The translations under genes and the position numbers were made by a program. The notes beneath the pieces are model-generated. The model was given only the letters and a program-made list of their open reading frames with translations. It ran no database searches and had not been told where the DNA came from. This document shows positions 20,476 through 31,507 of a stretch of 64,000 bases of DNA, one piece after another. The DNA lies in the NCBI GenBank assembly GCA_027320085.1, contig DAHVLZ010000038.1, positions 32,001-96,000 of the forward strand, read 5' to 3'. Source of the DNA: Pseudomonadota bacterium (GTDB lineage: Bacteria > Pseudomonadota > Gammaproteobacteria > JAKAQQ01). How positions within the stretch are numbered: position 1 is the stretch's first letter; each line of letters starts with the position of its first letter.

Positions 20476-20673
20476 GGGATATCCGCTTGGTCTTGGGTTC
20501 CGGATGGGGAGGGGAAATGACCCTGTGCATTTGATCGTGAGCAACGCTCTGTGTTAAAATTTAGCCTATTGTTTCAGGTCCTTTGACCAAGTTCAACTAG
20601 TGTGACCTGTTGTCTCCCGAAAGCCCGCCTCCCGTCACTGGTAGTTGGGGTGCCAAGGGAAATACGGTTGCGT

Positions 20674-20755
20674 ACCACATACCACACATGAACCAGAAAC
20701 CGTCCGCCGGGTGCCTGTGAGGTCGCGGAGCGGGGTTCATGGAGGCTTAACCCGG
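20674..20755 (+). ncRNA. rpsB (S2) autoregulatory leader, t44 RNA
   Basis: ACACATG...GGGTGCC...GGTC...CATGGAGGCTTAACCC just upstream of rpsB matches the recalled t44 pattern; boundaries approximate. Confidence 0.75.
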
Positions 20756-20764
20756 AGTTATGAC

Positions 20765-21790
20765 ATGACTGAAGTGACGATGCGTTCCATGCTTGAGGCC
20801 GGTGTCCATTTTGGCCACCAGACCCGGTTCCGAAACCCAAAGATGGCGCCTTATATTTTTGGCGAACGAAACCGGATCCACATTATCAATCTGGAAAAAA
20901 CCCTTCCTCTTTTTCGCCAGGCCTTGGATTACATGCGAAAGCTGGCCAGTGATGGCGGGATCGTGGTCTTCGTGGGAACGAAAAGAGCAGCCCGAGAAGC
21001 GGTCGCCCAAGCCGCACTCCGTTGCGGCATGCCCTATGTCAACCAGCGCTGGCTGGGTGGTACGCTGACCAATTTCAGAACGTTGCGACAGTCGGTCAAA
21101 CGGTTATCTGACCTCAAAGCTATGGGGGAGGATGGTCGACTAGAGAAATTGTCGAAGCGGGAAGCGTCCCAGCTCCGCCGGGAGATGGACAAGCTGGAGA
21201 AAGCATTGGGTGGGCTTCAGAAAATGGAAAACCTGCCCGATGCCCTTTTGGTCATTGATGTGGGCAAGGAAAGCATTGCGGTTCGGGAGGCTAACCGTCT
21301 GAACATTCCGGTGGTTGCGGTGGTGGACACCAACTACAGTCCGGAACAGGTTGACTACCCGTTTCCGGGCAATGATGACGCGATCAGCGCGATTGAGCTC
21401 TACGTGAACGCGATGGCTGATTCGATCCTCGAAGGACGCGCCCAAGCGCCGGCCTCGGTGGTCAATGCTGAGGAATTTGTTGAACTCGACGAGACCGGAA
21501 AGCCTGTATCAACACCGGAGGTGGTCCAGCGGAAAGGACCTGCCCGCGGAGCGCGGCAGGTGAAAAAACAGCCCGTTTCCGTTGTTCGGGTGGAAGAAGT
21601 TGGACCTGAGGTGGCGGTGAAAACAGAAGTCGCCGAGCACGCGACGACCGATTCCGATGTCTTTGAGGGCATGTTGCCGGAAAAGCCCTCTGGCGCAGTT
21701 CGCCCCAAATCCACGAGTGCTGGAAAACGGCGGCGCACGTCTCCGACCCCTCAGAATGGGAAGTCTGGCGAGGGGGATGCTCATGACTGA
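20765..21790 (+). CDS. rpsB: 30S ribosomal protein S2 with long C-terminal extension
   Basis: [31 protein letters not shown]. Confidence 0.97.
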   Translation: MTEVTMRSMLEAGVHFGHQTRFRNPKMAPYIFGERNRIHIINLEKTLPLFRQALDYMRKLASDGGIVVFVGTKRAAREAVAQAALRCGMPYVNQRWLGGTLTNFRTLRQSVKRLSDLKAMGEDGRLEKLSKREASQLRREMDKLEKALGGLQKMENLPDALLVIDVGKESIAVREANRLNIPVVAVVDTNYSPEQVDYPFPGNDDAISAIELYVNAMADSILEGRAQAPASVVNAEEFVELDETGKPVSTPEVVQRKGPARGARQVKKQPVSVVRVEEVGPEVAVKTEVAEHATTDSDVFEGMLPEKPSGAVRPKSTSAGKRRRTSPTPQNGKSGEGDAHD

Positions 21791-22667
21791 AATATCCGCC
21801 CAGCTGGTTCGAGAGCTTCGCGAGAAAACCGGGGCCGGGTTCATGGAGTGCAAGAAGGCACTCCTTGAAACGAAAGGTGAGTTGAGCGAAGCAGTGATGT
21901 ATATCCGGAAAGCGGGTCTGGCAAAAGCGGATCGGAAAGCTGCGCGTGTTGCTGCCGAGGGTCGCGTGGAAGTCGTCCTTTCTCCGGCAGGGAGCGAAGC
22001 TGCTATTGTCGAAGTCAATGCCGAGACCGACTTTGTGGCATCCAGTGATGACTTCAAGAAGTTCGCCCGACGGGTAGCTGATGCCATATTGGTGCTCCGC
22101 CAGTCGGATTCCGAGGTGCTTTCCGGGTACACCCTGCCGGACGGACAGACCATCGAAACGGAAAGAAGACAGTTGGTATTACGTTTGGGAGAAAACCTGA
22201 TCATCCGGCGTTTTCACCATGTGATCGGTCGGGGAACTCTATTCAGTTACATTCACCAAGGTGGAAAAATTGGGGTGGTGGTCGACCTCGAGGGAGGCCA
22301 GGCTGAGGTGGGGCGCAATTTGGCAATGCATATCGCCTCTGCTGCACCTCTCTGGCTTGATCCGGATCAGGCGGATTCCGGGTGGCTGAACGAGCAACGG
22401 ACCATTGTGGAACACCAGTCGAGGCAGAGCGGCAAGCCCGAAGCGATTATTCAGAAAATGATTGAGGGCCGGCTCCGCAAGTTGATGGAGGAGTTCTCCT
22501 TGATTCATCAGCCCTATGTCCGGGATCCTTCTCTGACAGTCTCCGATTACCTGAAGCAGCATGCCGCGCGGGTCCATGCCTTTATCCGGTACCGGGTGGG
22601 GGAGGGAATTGAGAAAAGCCAGAAGGATTTTGCCCAGGAAGTCATGGCCGAAGTCAACCGACGCTGA
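21783..22667 (+). CDS. tsf: Elongation factor Ts
   Basis: [32 protein letters not shown]. Confidence 0.97.
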   Translation: MTEISAQLVRELREKTGAGFMECKKALLETKGELSEAVMYIRKAGLAKADRKAARVAAEGRVEVVLSPAGSEAAIVEVNAETDFVASSDDFKKFARRVADAILVLRQSDSEVLSGYTLPDGQTIETERRQLVLRLGENLIIRRFHHVIGRGTLFSYIHQGGKIGVVVDLEGGQAEVGRNLAMHIASAAPLWLDPDQADSGWLNEQRTIVEHQSRQSGKPEAIIQKMIEGRLRKLMEEFSLIHQPYVRDPSLTVSDYLKQHAARVHAFIRYRVGEGIEKSQKDFAQEVMAEVNRR

Positions 22668-22684
22668 TATTTCGGGGAGCCACG

Positions 22685-23422
22685 GTGAGTTTGAAGTACC
22701 GCAGGATCCTGTTAAAACTTAGTGGCGAAGCCCTGATGGGGAAGAGCGCCTTTGGTATTGATCCCCAAGTGCTCGAGTTTTGGGCCCGGGAGATCGAAGC
22801 GGCGGTGGTTATGGGCCTCGAGCTCGGTATTGTCGTCGGAGGGGGAAATTTCTTCCGCGGAGCAGGCCTGGCGGCAAAAGGCATGGACCGGGTGACTGCC
22901 GACCAAATGGGCATGCTGGCGACCGTCATGAACGGACTGGCATTGCAGGATGCGCTCGAGCGTGCAGGGCACCCGGTTCGAGTCATGTCTGCAATTCGGG
23001 TCAACCAGATCTGTGAAGACTATATTCGGCGGAAAGCCATCCGGCATCTTGAAAAGGGACGGGTCCTGGTCTTTGTGGCGGGTACAGGAAACCCCTTTTT
23101 TACGACAGACACCGCGGCAACCTTGCGGGCCATCGAAATCGGGGCGCAACTGCTCCTCAAGGCAACTCAGGTCGATGGTGTCTACTCGGATGATCCGGAG
23201 CGGGTTGCAAGTGCAACCCGCTACACGCATTTGACTTTTGATGAAATGCTGCAACGGAATCTGGGCGTCATGGATGATACGGCAGCGGTCATGTGCCGTG
23301 ACCATGGCATGCCGGTCAGGGTCTTTGAGACCCGTCACCGTGGAGCCTTGACGGCAATAGCCTCCGGTTGTGATGATATCGGAACCTTGGTTGATAACGA
23401 AGGGTCCCAGCATGTTGGATGA
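22685..23422 (+). CDS. pyrH: UMP kinase
   Basis: [27 protein letters not shown]. Confidence 0.97.
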   Translation: MSLKYRRILLKLSGEALMGKSAFGIDPQVLEFWAREIEAAVVMGLELGIVVGGGNFFRGAGLAAKGMDRVTADQMGMLATVMNGLALQDALERAGHPVRVMSAIRVNQICEDYIRRKAIRHLEKGRVLVFVAGTGNPFFTTDTAATLRAIEIGAQLLLKATQVDGVYSDDPERVASATRYTHLTFDEMLQRNLGVMDDTAAVMCRDHGMPVRVFETRHRGALTAIASGCDDIGTLVDNEGSQHVG

Positions 23423-23969
23423 TCTCCAAAAAGATGGGCAGGAACGGATGAAGAAGTGCGTGCTGGCACTCCGCGAGGAGTTCAGCAAAGTTCGCACCGG
23501 CCGGGCGCAGCCGGGTCTGGTCGAAAACCTGATAGTTGATTCCTACGACCAGAAAATGCCCTTAAAGCAACTGGCGACAATTGCGGTTTCGGATGCGCGG
23601 ACTTTACTGGTTACTCCTTGGGATAAAAACCTGGTTCAGGCGATTGAAAAGTCGCTGCGTGCTTCGGATTTGGGGCTTAATCCTATCCTGAGTGGCCAAG
23701 TTATCCGGATCCCGCTGCCCCCGCTCAATGAGGAGCGGCGCAAGGAACTGGTCCGCGTCGTCCGCCACGAAGCGGAACAGGCACGAATTTCTATCCGTAA
23801 TGTTCGCCGTGATGTTTTATCCCGAGTGAAGCAACTACACAAGGAGAAGGTCATGACGGAAGACGAGATGCGCAGGGCAGAGGATCTGCTCCAGAAATTG
23901 ACGGACTCCAGCACGAAAGAGATTGATCATGAGCTGAGCAGGAAAGAAGCAGAATTGTTGGAGGTTTGA
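23412..23969 (+). CDS. frr: Ribosome recycling factor
   Basis: [29 protein letters not shown]. Confidence 0.97.
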   Translation: MLDDLQKDGQERMKKCVLALREEFSKVRTGRAQPGLVENLIVDSYDQKMPLKQLATIAVSDARTLLVTPWDKNLVQAIEKSLRASDLGLNPILSGQVIRIPLPPLNEERRKELVRVVRHEAEQARISIRNVRRDVLSRVKQLHKEKVMTEDEMRRAEDLLQKLTDSSTKEIDHELSRKEAELLEV

Positions 23970-23975
23970 AAGGCC

Positions 23976-24716
23976 GTGCCTTCTTCCTTACCGGAACTGC
24001 GGCACGTGGCCATCATTATGGATGGCAATGGACGGTGGGCCCAGCAACGGGGCCTGCCGCGTTCGGCCGGGCACCGGGCTGGCTTGGATTCCGCCAAGAA
24101 TGTGATCCGGGAGGCTCCCCGATGTGGCATTGGCCTCCTGTCTCTTTTTGCCTTTTCCAGTGAGAATTGGCTGCGACCTCGCTCGGAAGTCAAGGCATTG
24201 CTCAGTTTGTTTGCGGAGGCGTTGGAACGTGAGATCAATACCCTAATCAAGAACGAGATTCGCATCACGTTTATTGGCAACCGGTCCTCCTTCCCACGTA
24301 ACCTGCAAAACCTGATGGCTGAGGCAGAGCACCAGTCCGCATCCGGGCAACGGCTGGTCCTGCTCGTCGTGGTTGGGTATGGGGGACGTTGGGATATCTG
24401 CCGGGCTTGCCAAACCCTGGCAAAAAAAGCCCAGTCCGGACTGGTTGCTCCCGAGGAAATCGACGAAAGGATGTTTGAGGAATGTCTGACCACCGCGGGA
24501 TTTGGAGCCCCGGATCTTCTGATTCGGACAGGTGGAGAACGGCGTTTGAGCAACTTTTTGCTGTGGGATCTGGCCTACAGCGAGCTTTATTTCTCGGATA
24601 TCTTGTGGCCTGATTTTACAGCGGTCCATCTGCAGGAGGCGTTGGAGGATTATCGGGGCCGTCAACGCCGCTTTGGCAGGACATCTCGGCAGATCGAGTA
24701 TCTTCGGGATGGCTGA
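23976..24716 (+). CDS. uppS: Undecaprenyl diphosphate synthase
   Basis: HVAIIMDGNGRWA, FSSENW, DLLIRTGGE.RLSNFLLW. Confidence 0.96.
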   Translation: MPSSLPELRHVAIIMDGNGRWAQQRGLPRSAGHRAGLDSAKNVIREAPRCGIGLLSLFAFSSENWLRPRSEVKALLSLFAEALEREINTLIKNEIRITFIGNRSSFPRNLQNLMAEAEHQSASGQRLVLLVVVGYGGRWDICRACQTLAKKAQSGLVAPEEIDERMFEECLTTAGFGAPDLLIRTGGERRLSNFLLWDLAYSELYFSDILWPDFTAVHLQEALEDYRGRQRRFGRTSRQIEYLRDG

Positions 24717-24719
24717 GGG

Positions 24720-25511
24720 ATGACAAAATCCCCGAGGCTTTTGAGTGCGCTGGTTTTATCGCTTTTTGCACTCTCAATCATTATCTGGGTGAACTCCCTG
24801 GGTGTGGAGCTGGTGTACGGCTTGCTCATCGGCATTGCAGCGCATGAATGGTCACAACTGGTTCCCTTGGGGAGAATCCAGGGGTACGAGTTTGTCCTCC
24901 TCACCATCGCAGGGTTGTTTGCGGTATCACTTTTCCACCCCATCGGCCGGGTTTTGGTCCTTCCTCTGGTGACTTTGTTTTGGATCTTGGCCCCGGGCCT
25001 GATTTTTCGCCGCCAGAACCGTCTGGGGCCCCTGTGGGCCGTTTTGCTCGGTTGGCTGGTTCTGGTGGGCGCATGGTACGGATTAGTCGCATTGAGCTGG
25101 GGGCAAGGCCCGCCACACTGGCTCTTGCTGTCATTCCTATTGCTGGTCTGGGGTGCGGATTCGGGGGCTTATGTTGCCGGAAGGTTCTGGGGACGCCACG
25201 CCCTGGCTCCTGCAGTGAGTCCCAAAAAGACTTGGGAAGGGGTCTGGGGAGCCGGGGTCGCTGTCGGACTGGTACTGATTTTCATGTATTTTCTCCTGAA
25301 AGTCCCTCTGCTTGTCCTGTTTCCCTTAGGTATTCTGGTCTGGTATTTTTCCATTCTTGGCGATTTGTTTGAGAGCCGTCTCAAGCGGTGGCATGGGGTC
25401 AAAGACAGTGGCCGGATCATCCCGGGTCATGGCGGAGTGCTGGACCGCATCGATAGCTGGACGGCTGCGGCTCCGGTCTTTCTTCTCTTTTGGAACTGGT
25501 TTGTCCGATAA
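24720..25511 (+). CDS. cdsA: Phosphatidate cytidylyltransferase
   Basis: SPKKTWEG, GDLFES, KDSG.IIPGHGGVLDRID. Confidence 0.95.
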   Translation: MTKSPRLLSALVLSLFALSIIIWVNSLGVELVYGLLIGIAAHEWSQLVPLGRIQGYEFVLLTIAGLFAVSLFHPIGRVLVLPLVTLFWILAPGLIFRRQNRLGPLWAVLLGWLVLVGAWYGLVALSWGQGPPHWLLLSFLLLVWGADSGAYVAGRFWGRHALAPAVSPKKTWEGVWGAGVAVGLVLIFMYFLLKVPLLVLFPLGILVWYFSILGDLFESRLKRWHGVKDSGRIIPGHGGVLDRIDSWTAAAPVFLLFWNWFVR

Positions 25512-25575
25512 TGGTACGCGAGGTGCGGAAACCGCATTTTTGTGATTGGCTGAGAGTGGGGGGAATACGCCATTG

Positions 25576-26943
25576 ATGTCCATTCTGACGGCGGTGGCCG
25601 CTTTTATCCTGGCGATCGCGATTCTGGTTACGGTGCATGAGTTTGGGCATTTTTGGGTTGCCCGTCGTCTCGGTATCCGGACCATCCGTTTTTCAATTGG
25701 TTTCGGAAAGCCTTTTTGGACGCGTTCTTTTGGGCAGGGGAGGGGGAATCCCTGGGAGTTGGCTTTAGCGCCGATTCCGTTGGGCGGTTATGTCAAGATG
25801 CTGGACGGCCGGGAGGGCCCCATACCCCCGGGAGAGGAACACCAGGCCTTTGACCATCAACCGCTTGCCAAAAGGGCGCTGGTCGTGGTGGCGGGGCCGG
25901 CCTTCAATTTTCTGTTCGCGGTCCTGGCCCTCACGGTTGTTTATTCGGTGGGCTTTCCCGCTGTCCGTCCCGTTTTGGGATTGGTGACGCCCCGTTCTGT
26001 TGCCGCGCGGGCGGGCCTTCATGCGGGAGATGTGATTTTGGCCGTAAACGGGCATGAGAGCAAAACCTGGGGTCAGCTCGAGCTGGGTTTGGTCTCCGCG
26101 ATCATGCGTAGCCACCAAATCCACGTGAGCTACCGGTCCCCCGCCGGAGTCAAAAAGAAGACCGTAATCTTGATTGGATCGCGCAAGCCGTTCACCGTTC
26201 CGGGTCATTTGCTCAAGGATTTGGGACTGAAACCGGGAGCGCCCCGGCTTCCACCCGTGATTCGTCAGGTCCTTCCTGGTTCAGCGGCCCAGAAAGCGGG
26301 CCTCTTGCCAGGCGATCGCCTGCTCACCATTGATGGCCATCCCCTGCGGAGTTTTAACGCATTGACTCGTTTTGTCATGAGACATCCGGATGGTCAGGTT
26401 CGGCTGGGCTGGATCCACGACGGCCATCCGATTTCCAGGGAGGTCACGCTCGGGGCCCGAGAGCTTGCAGGGCGCCGTTATGGATTCCTGGGGGTGACCG
26501 CTGCCCTGCCCGCGGGTTTCATGAAACAGTTCATGCTTCAGGTGCGGGACCCGCTTCCGATTGCTGTTTTGCACGCCCTACGTTATGTTTGGAGAATGTC
26601 GGGGTTGACGTTGGGCCTCGTTTACCGCATGATCACAGGCCAGGCTTCAATCCGGAACCTGAGCGGGCCCATCCGCATCGCGCAATATGCAGGTGAGACC
26701 GCCCGGGCGAGCTGGATTTCGTTCCTTTCATTTTTGTCGGTACTGAGTATCAGTCTGGGGCTTTTAAATCTGTTTCCAATCCCGATCCTTGACGGTGGCC
26801 ACCTGCTTTACTATGCGATTGAAGTAGTCCATCGTCGCCCTCTTTCGGCTCGCGCCGAGTGGGTCGGCCAACAGGTAGGCTTCGGGCTATTGTTTTTGCT
26901 CATGGGGTTGGCTTTTTACAATGACCTGACCCATTTCCTGTAA
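25576..26943 (+). CDS. rseP: RIP metalloprotease RseP
   Basis: HEFGH, two PDZ domains, NLFPIPILDGG. Confidence 0.95.
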   Translation: MSILTAVAAFILAIAILVTVHEFGHFWVARRLGIRTIRFSIGFGKPFWTRSFGQGRGNPWELALAPIPLGGYVKMLDGREGPIPPGEEHQAFDHQPLAKRALVVVAGPAFNFLFAVLALTVVYSVGFPAVRPVLGLVTPRSVAARAGLHAGDVILAVNGHESKTWGQLELGLVSAIMRSHQIHVSYRSPAGVKKKTVILIGSRKPFTVPGHLLKDLGLKPGAPRLPPVIRQVLPGSAAQKAGLLPGDRLLTIDGHPLRSFNALTRFVMRHPDGQVRLGWIHDGHPISREVTLGARELAGRRYGFLGVTAALPAGFMKQFMLQVRDPLPIAVLHALRYVWRMSGLTLGLVYRMITGQASIRNLSGPIRIAQYAGETARASWISFLSFLSVLSISLGLLNLFPIPILDGGHLLYYAIEVVHRRPLSARAEWVGQQVGFGLLFLLMGLAFYNDLTHFL

Positions 26944-26960
26944 CACTTGAGGAATGCTGC

Positions 26961-29348
26961 TTGCGTAAGACGACCCTGTGGGGCATTTTTTTTATCCTGA
27001 TTCTCTCGGGATCACTGCATCCCGTCTCGGCGAAATCAGAAGCCAGTTTTACGGTTCGCCACATCGTTATTGAAGGACTGCAACGGATTTCCCGAGGCAC
27101 GGTCCTGGACTACCTGCCGATTTCCAAAGGCCAGCACATTGACCGAACGGTCATCCGCTCTGCTATTCGCTCACTTTTCCGAACCGGGTTTTTTAGTTCG
27201 GTTTCGATGTTACGGGCAGGTAGCCATACACTCATCCTCAAAGTTCATGAACGACCCTCCATCGCGCGCTTTACTTTCACTGGAAACCACGCCATATCCA
27301 AAAAGACGCTGAACCATGCCCTGGTCCGGGCAGGTCTCGTCGAAGGGAGGATTTTTGACCGTTCAGTCCTCGAGGAAATACGCCAGTCTCTCTTCGCCCA
27401 ATACTACAGTCATGGTCGTTACGGCGTTGAGATTCATACCAAAATCCGGCATTTGCCGAGAAACCGGGTGAGCGTCCATATCCGGGTCCGTGAAGGCGAG
27501 ACGGCCTACTTGCGAGCCATCAACTTTGTCGGGAACCGGAAGTTTTCCTCTTCTACACTACGCGGCCTGTTTAAACTCCAGACCCCGGGATTATTGACAT
27601 GGCTGACCGGTGGAGACAAATATGAAAGGAAGAAATTAGTCAGCTCACTGGCCCGGCTTCGCTCCTTTTACGAAGACCAGGGTTACGCTAATTTCCATTT
27701 AAACTCGGTACAGGTTGCCCTTTCGCCAACGCTCCGGGGTGTCTTCATCACGGTAAACCTCCATGAGGGAGCGGTTTACCGGGTGACTCGTATCGAGTTG
27801 GCAGGTCGGCTGATTTTGCCCAGAAAAACCTTGTTGAAGAACATTCGGGTCCGGGTGGGCCATACCTTTTCCAGGCAGTCTGCAATCTTGTCGACGCAGA
27901 AAATCAAGGTGCTCCTGGGCAATCAGGGGTATGCGTTTGCCCAGGTCAAGCCCATCCCGCGGCTAAACCACTTGAGGCACACTGCAAGTGTCATTTTCTT
28001 CATTCGTCCGGGACATCGGGTCTATGTTCATCGGATTTATTTTCACGGAATTACTGGAACCAATGAAAAGGTTTTCCTTGAAAACATGCGCCAGTACGAA
28101 GGAACCTGGCTGTCGACTCGTGCCATCAAGCTTTCCAAGCTGCTGATTCAGAGAATTCCGTTTGTTAAAAGTGTCTCGATCAAACCCCAACGTATCGCCG
28201 GAAGCAATGATGAAGTTGATGTAAACGTGAATGTCCATGAGCGACGCTCGGGGACAGCCAATGTGACCTTGGGCTACGGGCAAGGGGAGGGAATCGTCAT
28301 CGGTGGGCAGATTTCGCTGGCCAACTTCCTTGGGACCGGCCGTTTGCTGACGGTCAGCGCACAGCGTTACCCCTACCAGACCACCTACAACGTGACCTAT
28401 ACGAATCCCTATTTCACGGTCAATAATGTAAGCGAGACCCTGAGCACTTTTTACACACAAAGCCAGGGATTTAACCTCTATGCGAACACATTTTCGACCA
28501 CGGACTATGGGTTTACACTGACCTACACGTTCCCGCTGACAACTTTTGCCAGTTACTACGTGGGGGTCAGTCCTAGCCATACCAATCTCCTGACCAACTG
28601 TTCAAGCCCTTCCATTTATTTTAATTTTGCCCTCAATCCGGCGAACGGCAGTCGCTATACAGTGCCCAGTGAGTGCACGAATCCGGACGGGAACAACGTC
28701 TTTGTTGATTTGCCCGGGATGCGCTACAACAATCTGGCTCTGGATGCCGGGTTGATGTTCGACAACCGCAACCGCTATATCCTGGCAACCCGGGGCACGC
28801 GCCAGAAGTTGGGGCTTGAAGTCGGAGTACCTCCAGGCGCCCAAGACTTTTGGATCCTCAATTTCCACAGTCAGGATCATATTCCATTATTTGCTGGTTT
28901 CAGTTATGCCTTGAATGCGCAGGTCGAACTCGGGAAAGCCTATGGAGGGACGAGTCAGTTTCCGCCCCTGATGAACTTCTTTGGTGGAGGCCCATACTCC
29001 GTCCGGGGCTACGAATCCTATACCATGGGTCCAAAGACACCCACCGGGGTTCCGATTGGAGGGACTTTTTTCACCTACGCCCAAAATGACCTGGTGCTAC
29101 CGCAGTTCTTTGGCCACCACCTGCCGGGCGAAGCGCCAAACTATCAGCTCAGCCTATTCTTTGATGTCGGGAATGTCTTTGCGACCCCGAGCAGTTTTAG
29201 CCTGGGGGGATTGAGGACCTCGGCTGGAGTCAGTGTGACCTGGCTGACTCCTCTCGGAGCAATCCGGTTCAGCTGGGCAAAGCCACTCAACCCGGGACCA
29301 CATGACCTTCTCAGCTATCTCCAGTTCGCCCTAGGCTCCTATTTTTGA
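26961..29348 (+). CDS. bamA: Outer membrane protein assembly factor BamA
   Basis: Signal peptide, POTRA repeats, VRGY motif, C-terminal Phe. Confidence 0.95.
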   Translation: MRKTTLWGIFFILILSGSLHPVSAKSEASFTVRHIVIEGLQRISRGTVLDYLPISKGQHIDRTVIRSAIRSLFRTGFFSSVSMLRAGSHTLILKVHERPSIARFTFTGNHAISKKTLNHALVRAGLVEGRIFDRSVLEEIRQSLFAQYYSHGRYGVEIHTKIRHLPRNRVSVHIRVREGETAYLRAINFVGNRKFSSSTLRGLFKLQTPGLLTWLTGGDKYERKKLVSSLARLRSFYEDQGYANFHLNSVQVALSPTLRGVFITVNLHEGAVYRVTRIELAGRLILPRKTLLKNIRVRVGHTFSRQSAILSTQKIKVLLGNQGYAFAQVKPIPRLNHLRHTASVIFFIRPGHRVYVHRIYFHGITGTNEKVFLENMRQYEGTWLSTRAIKLSKLLIQRIPFVKSVSIKPQRIAGSNDEVDVNVNVHERRSGTANVTLGYGQGEGIVIGGQISLANFLGTGRLLTVSAQRYPYQTTYNVTYTNPYFTVNNVSETLSTFYTQSQGFNLYANTFSTTDYGFTLTYTFPLTTFASYYVGVSPSHTNLLTNCSSPSIYFNFALNPANGSRYTVPSECTNPDGNNVFVDLPGMRYNNLALDAGLMFDNRNRYILATRGTRQKLGLEVGVPPGAQDFWILNFHSQDHIPLFAGFSYALNAQVELGKAYGGTSQFPPLMNFFGGGPYSVRGYESYTMGPKTPTGVPIGGTFFTYAQNDLVLPQFFGHHLPGEAPNYQLSLFFDVGNVFATPSSFSLGGLRTSAGVSVTWLTPLGAIRFSWAKPLNPGPHDLLSYLQFALGSYF

Positions 29349-29434
29349 GCGGACCATCAAATGTTTGAAACCATGCCATACATTTTCACGACCGAGGGTA
29401 TATGATTCAGAAGTCAACTTTCTTGAGATGTTTC

Positions 29435-29989
29435 ATGAGGCTCCGGTGGTTCCGGGTTTTGGGCACGCTTTGGATTTTGGGGGGCGGATTGATCCTCGCT
29501 ACCCCATCGTCAGCCGCTGCCCCGGCGACACCGCTACGGATCGGTTACGTCAACCTGAGCCTTCTGCTGCATGAAATGCCACAGACTGCGGCGGCGCAAA
29601 AGTCGCTCAACCAGGAACTTGGCGGACGGAAAAAGGTGCTGCTCAAGCAGTTGGCTGGAATCAGGAAACAGAAGCTTGCGATGAAGTCTGGAAGCACAAG
29701 CGTTTCACTACTCCAGAGGATGGAAAATGAACAACGACTGAATATGCTGCGGGAACGCTACCGGACCAGTCAGCAGCAGTATGCTGAAGATTTCAATCTG
29801 GCCCGCAACCAGGCGCTGGACAATCTGCAGCGACTTGCGGTCCGCGCCATCCGGACGTACGGAAAGCAGCACCATTTCACAGTAATACTGGGACAGGAGG
29901 TTTTTTTCGCCTCACCGGGAATCGATCTGACACCTAAAATTTTGGCGCAGCTGCGCCGGATGTTCTCGCAAAGCCGCAAGCATGGCTAG
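29435..29989 (+). CDS. skp: Periplasmic chaperone Skp/OmpH
   Basis: Signal peptide, IGYVN, coiled coil, DLT; between bamA and lpxD. Confidence 0.85.
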   Translation: MRLRWFRVLGTLWILGGGLILATPSSAAAPATPLRIGYVNLSLLLHEMPQTAAAQKSLNQELGGRKKVLLKQLAGIRKQKLAMKSGSTSVSLLQRMENEQRLNMLRERYRTSQQQYAEDFNLARNQALDNLQRLAVRAIRTYGKQHHFTVILGQEVFFASPGIDLTPKILAQLRRMFSQSRKHG

Positions 29990-31052
29990 AGTCCCGAATG
30001 ATCCCAAGAACCAGGCTCAGGTCACGAGACCGTGCTGCTTGGGTGATCTGGCCCGCGAACTCAAGCTGGAATTGTTCGGCGATCCGGCAGCTCAGATTGA
30101 TCATCTCGCGCCACTGGACAAGGCAGGCAAGGGGGCATTGACCTTCTTGACTTCTGCCCAGTATCGGCGTTTCCTTTCATCCACCGAGGCCAGTGGCGTC
30201 ATTCTTCATCGCGACATGCTTTCATTGTGCAGAACCAATGCCCTGGTCAGTCGGAACCCGGCATTGTCTTTCAAGCTGGCCATTGATTTTCTAGTGCAAG
30301 ACGCTTTCACCTGGGAGCCTGCCATTCATTCTGGTGCCGTGATTGATGGAAGTGCCTTGATTGAGCCGGGTTGCCAGATTGGTCCGGGTTCTGTCATTGG
30401 CGCAGATGTGGTGATCGCTTCTGGGTGTGTAATCGGACCGGGGTGTGTGATCGAAAAAAATGTCCACATTGGCGCAGGCAGCCGCCTGGTTGCACAAGTC
30501 TTTGTGGGTCATGATGTGAGAATCGGAAAGCGATGTTTTATCCAGTCAGGCGCACGTCTTGGCGGAGAAGGTTTTGGTTTTGCCCAAGATGGGCCGGTTT
30601 GGCATCGGGTCCGCCAGTTGGGCAGTGTCCAGGTTGGTGACGATGTTGAAATCGGGTCTAACACCTGCATTGACCGGGGGGCGCTCGAGGATACGGTGAT
30701 TGAGGATGGGGTTAAACTCGATAATCTGATCCAGGTCGGACACAATGTCCGGATTGGTGCTCATACGATCGTCGCGGGGAGTACGGGAATTGCTGGTAGT
30801 ACTAAAATTGGATCCGGTTGCCAGATTGGAGGCATGGTCGGAATTGTCGGGCACCTCGAAATTACCGATCATGTGTTTATTACGGGACGTTCCATGATTG
30901 CACATTCGATTCATGAACCGGGTGTGTATTCCGGGGGTTTGCCCAGCGATTCGGCGAATCGCTGGCGGCGGAACAGTGCCCGTTTCCGCCATCTTGACGA
31001 ACTGGCTGCCCGAATTTACGCACTCGAAAAAACCGTCCGGAACAATTCATGA
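29982..31052 (+). CDS. lpxD: UDP-3-O-acylglucosamine N-acyltransferase
   Basis: Hexapeptide repeats, [22 protein letters not shown]. Confidence 0.95.
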   Translation: MARVPNDPKNQAQVTRPCCLGDLARELKLELFGDPAAQIDHLAPLDKAGKGALTFLTSAQYRRFLSSTEASGVILHRDMLSLCRTNALVSRNPALSFKLAIDFLVQDAFTWEPAIHSGAVIDGSALIEPGCQIGPGSVIGADVVIASGCVIGPGCVIEKNVHIGAGSRLVAQVFVGHDVRIGKRCFIQSGARLGGEGFGFAQDGPVWHRVRQLGSVQVGDDVEIGSNTCIDRGALEDTVIEDGVKLDNLIQVGHNVRIGAHTIVAGSTGIAGSTKIGSGCQIGGMVGIVGHLEITDHVFITGRSMIAHSIHEPGVYSGGLPSDSANRWRRNSARFRHLDELAARIYALEKTVRNNS

Positions 31053-31507
31053 TGAACACTTTTTCCCCTGACATCAATCAAATCCTTGAGCAAATTCCTC
31101 ATCGCTACCCTTTTTTGCTGGTGGATCGCATTCTGGAATGCGTGGATGGCGAGAAGGTGGTCGGAATCAAGAATGTGACCTATAACGAGTGGTTTTTCCC
31201 AGGCCATTTTCCAAACCAGCCCATCATGCCGGGAGTTCTGATTCTGGAGGCCATGGCCCAGTGTACGGGGGTCCTAATTTATGCAACCCTGGGCCGCCGT
31301 CCCTTGGTTGAGTGCTATCTGGTGGGAGTTGACAACGCACGTTTTAAAAGCATGGTCACGCCAGGCGACCAGCTGAAAATGACCCTTCGGATTGTCCGCC
31401 GTGTCAAGGATATATGGAAGCTCACGGGCCGTGCGGAGGTTGATGGACGGCTCGTGGCAGAGTCCGACTTCCTGTGCCATTGCAGCCAGAAGGATCCTGA
31501 GTTGTGA
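31049..31507 (+). CDS. fabZ: 3-hydroxyacyl-ACP dehydratase FabZ
   Basis: [26 protein letters not shown]. Confidence 0.97.
   Translation: MMNTFSPDINQILEQIPHRYPFLLVDRILECVDGEKVVGIKNVTYNEWFFPGHFPNQPIMPGVLILEAMAQCTGVLIYATLGRRPLVECYLVGVDNARFKSMVTPGDQLKMTLRIVRRVKDIWKLTGRAEVDGRLVAESDFLCHCSQKDPEL

Noticed and set aside
19603-20520. 305-aa plus-strand ORF
   Set aside because: Antisense shadow of map.
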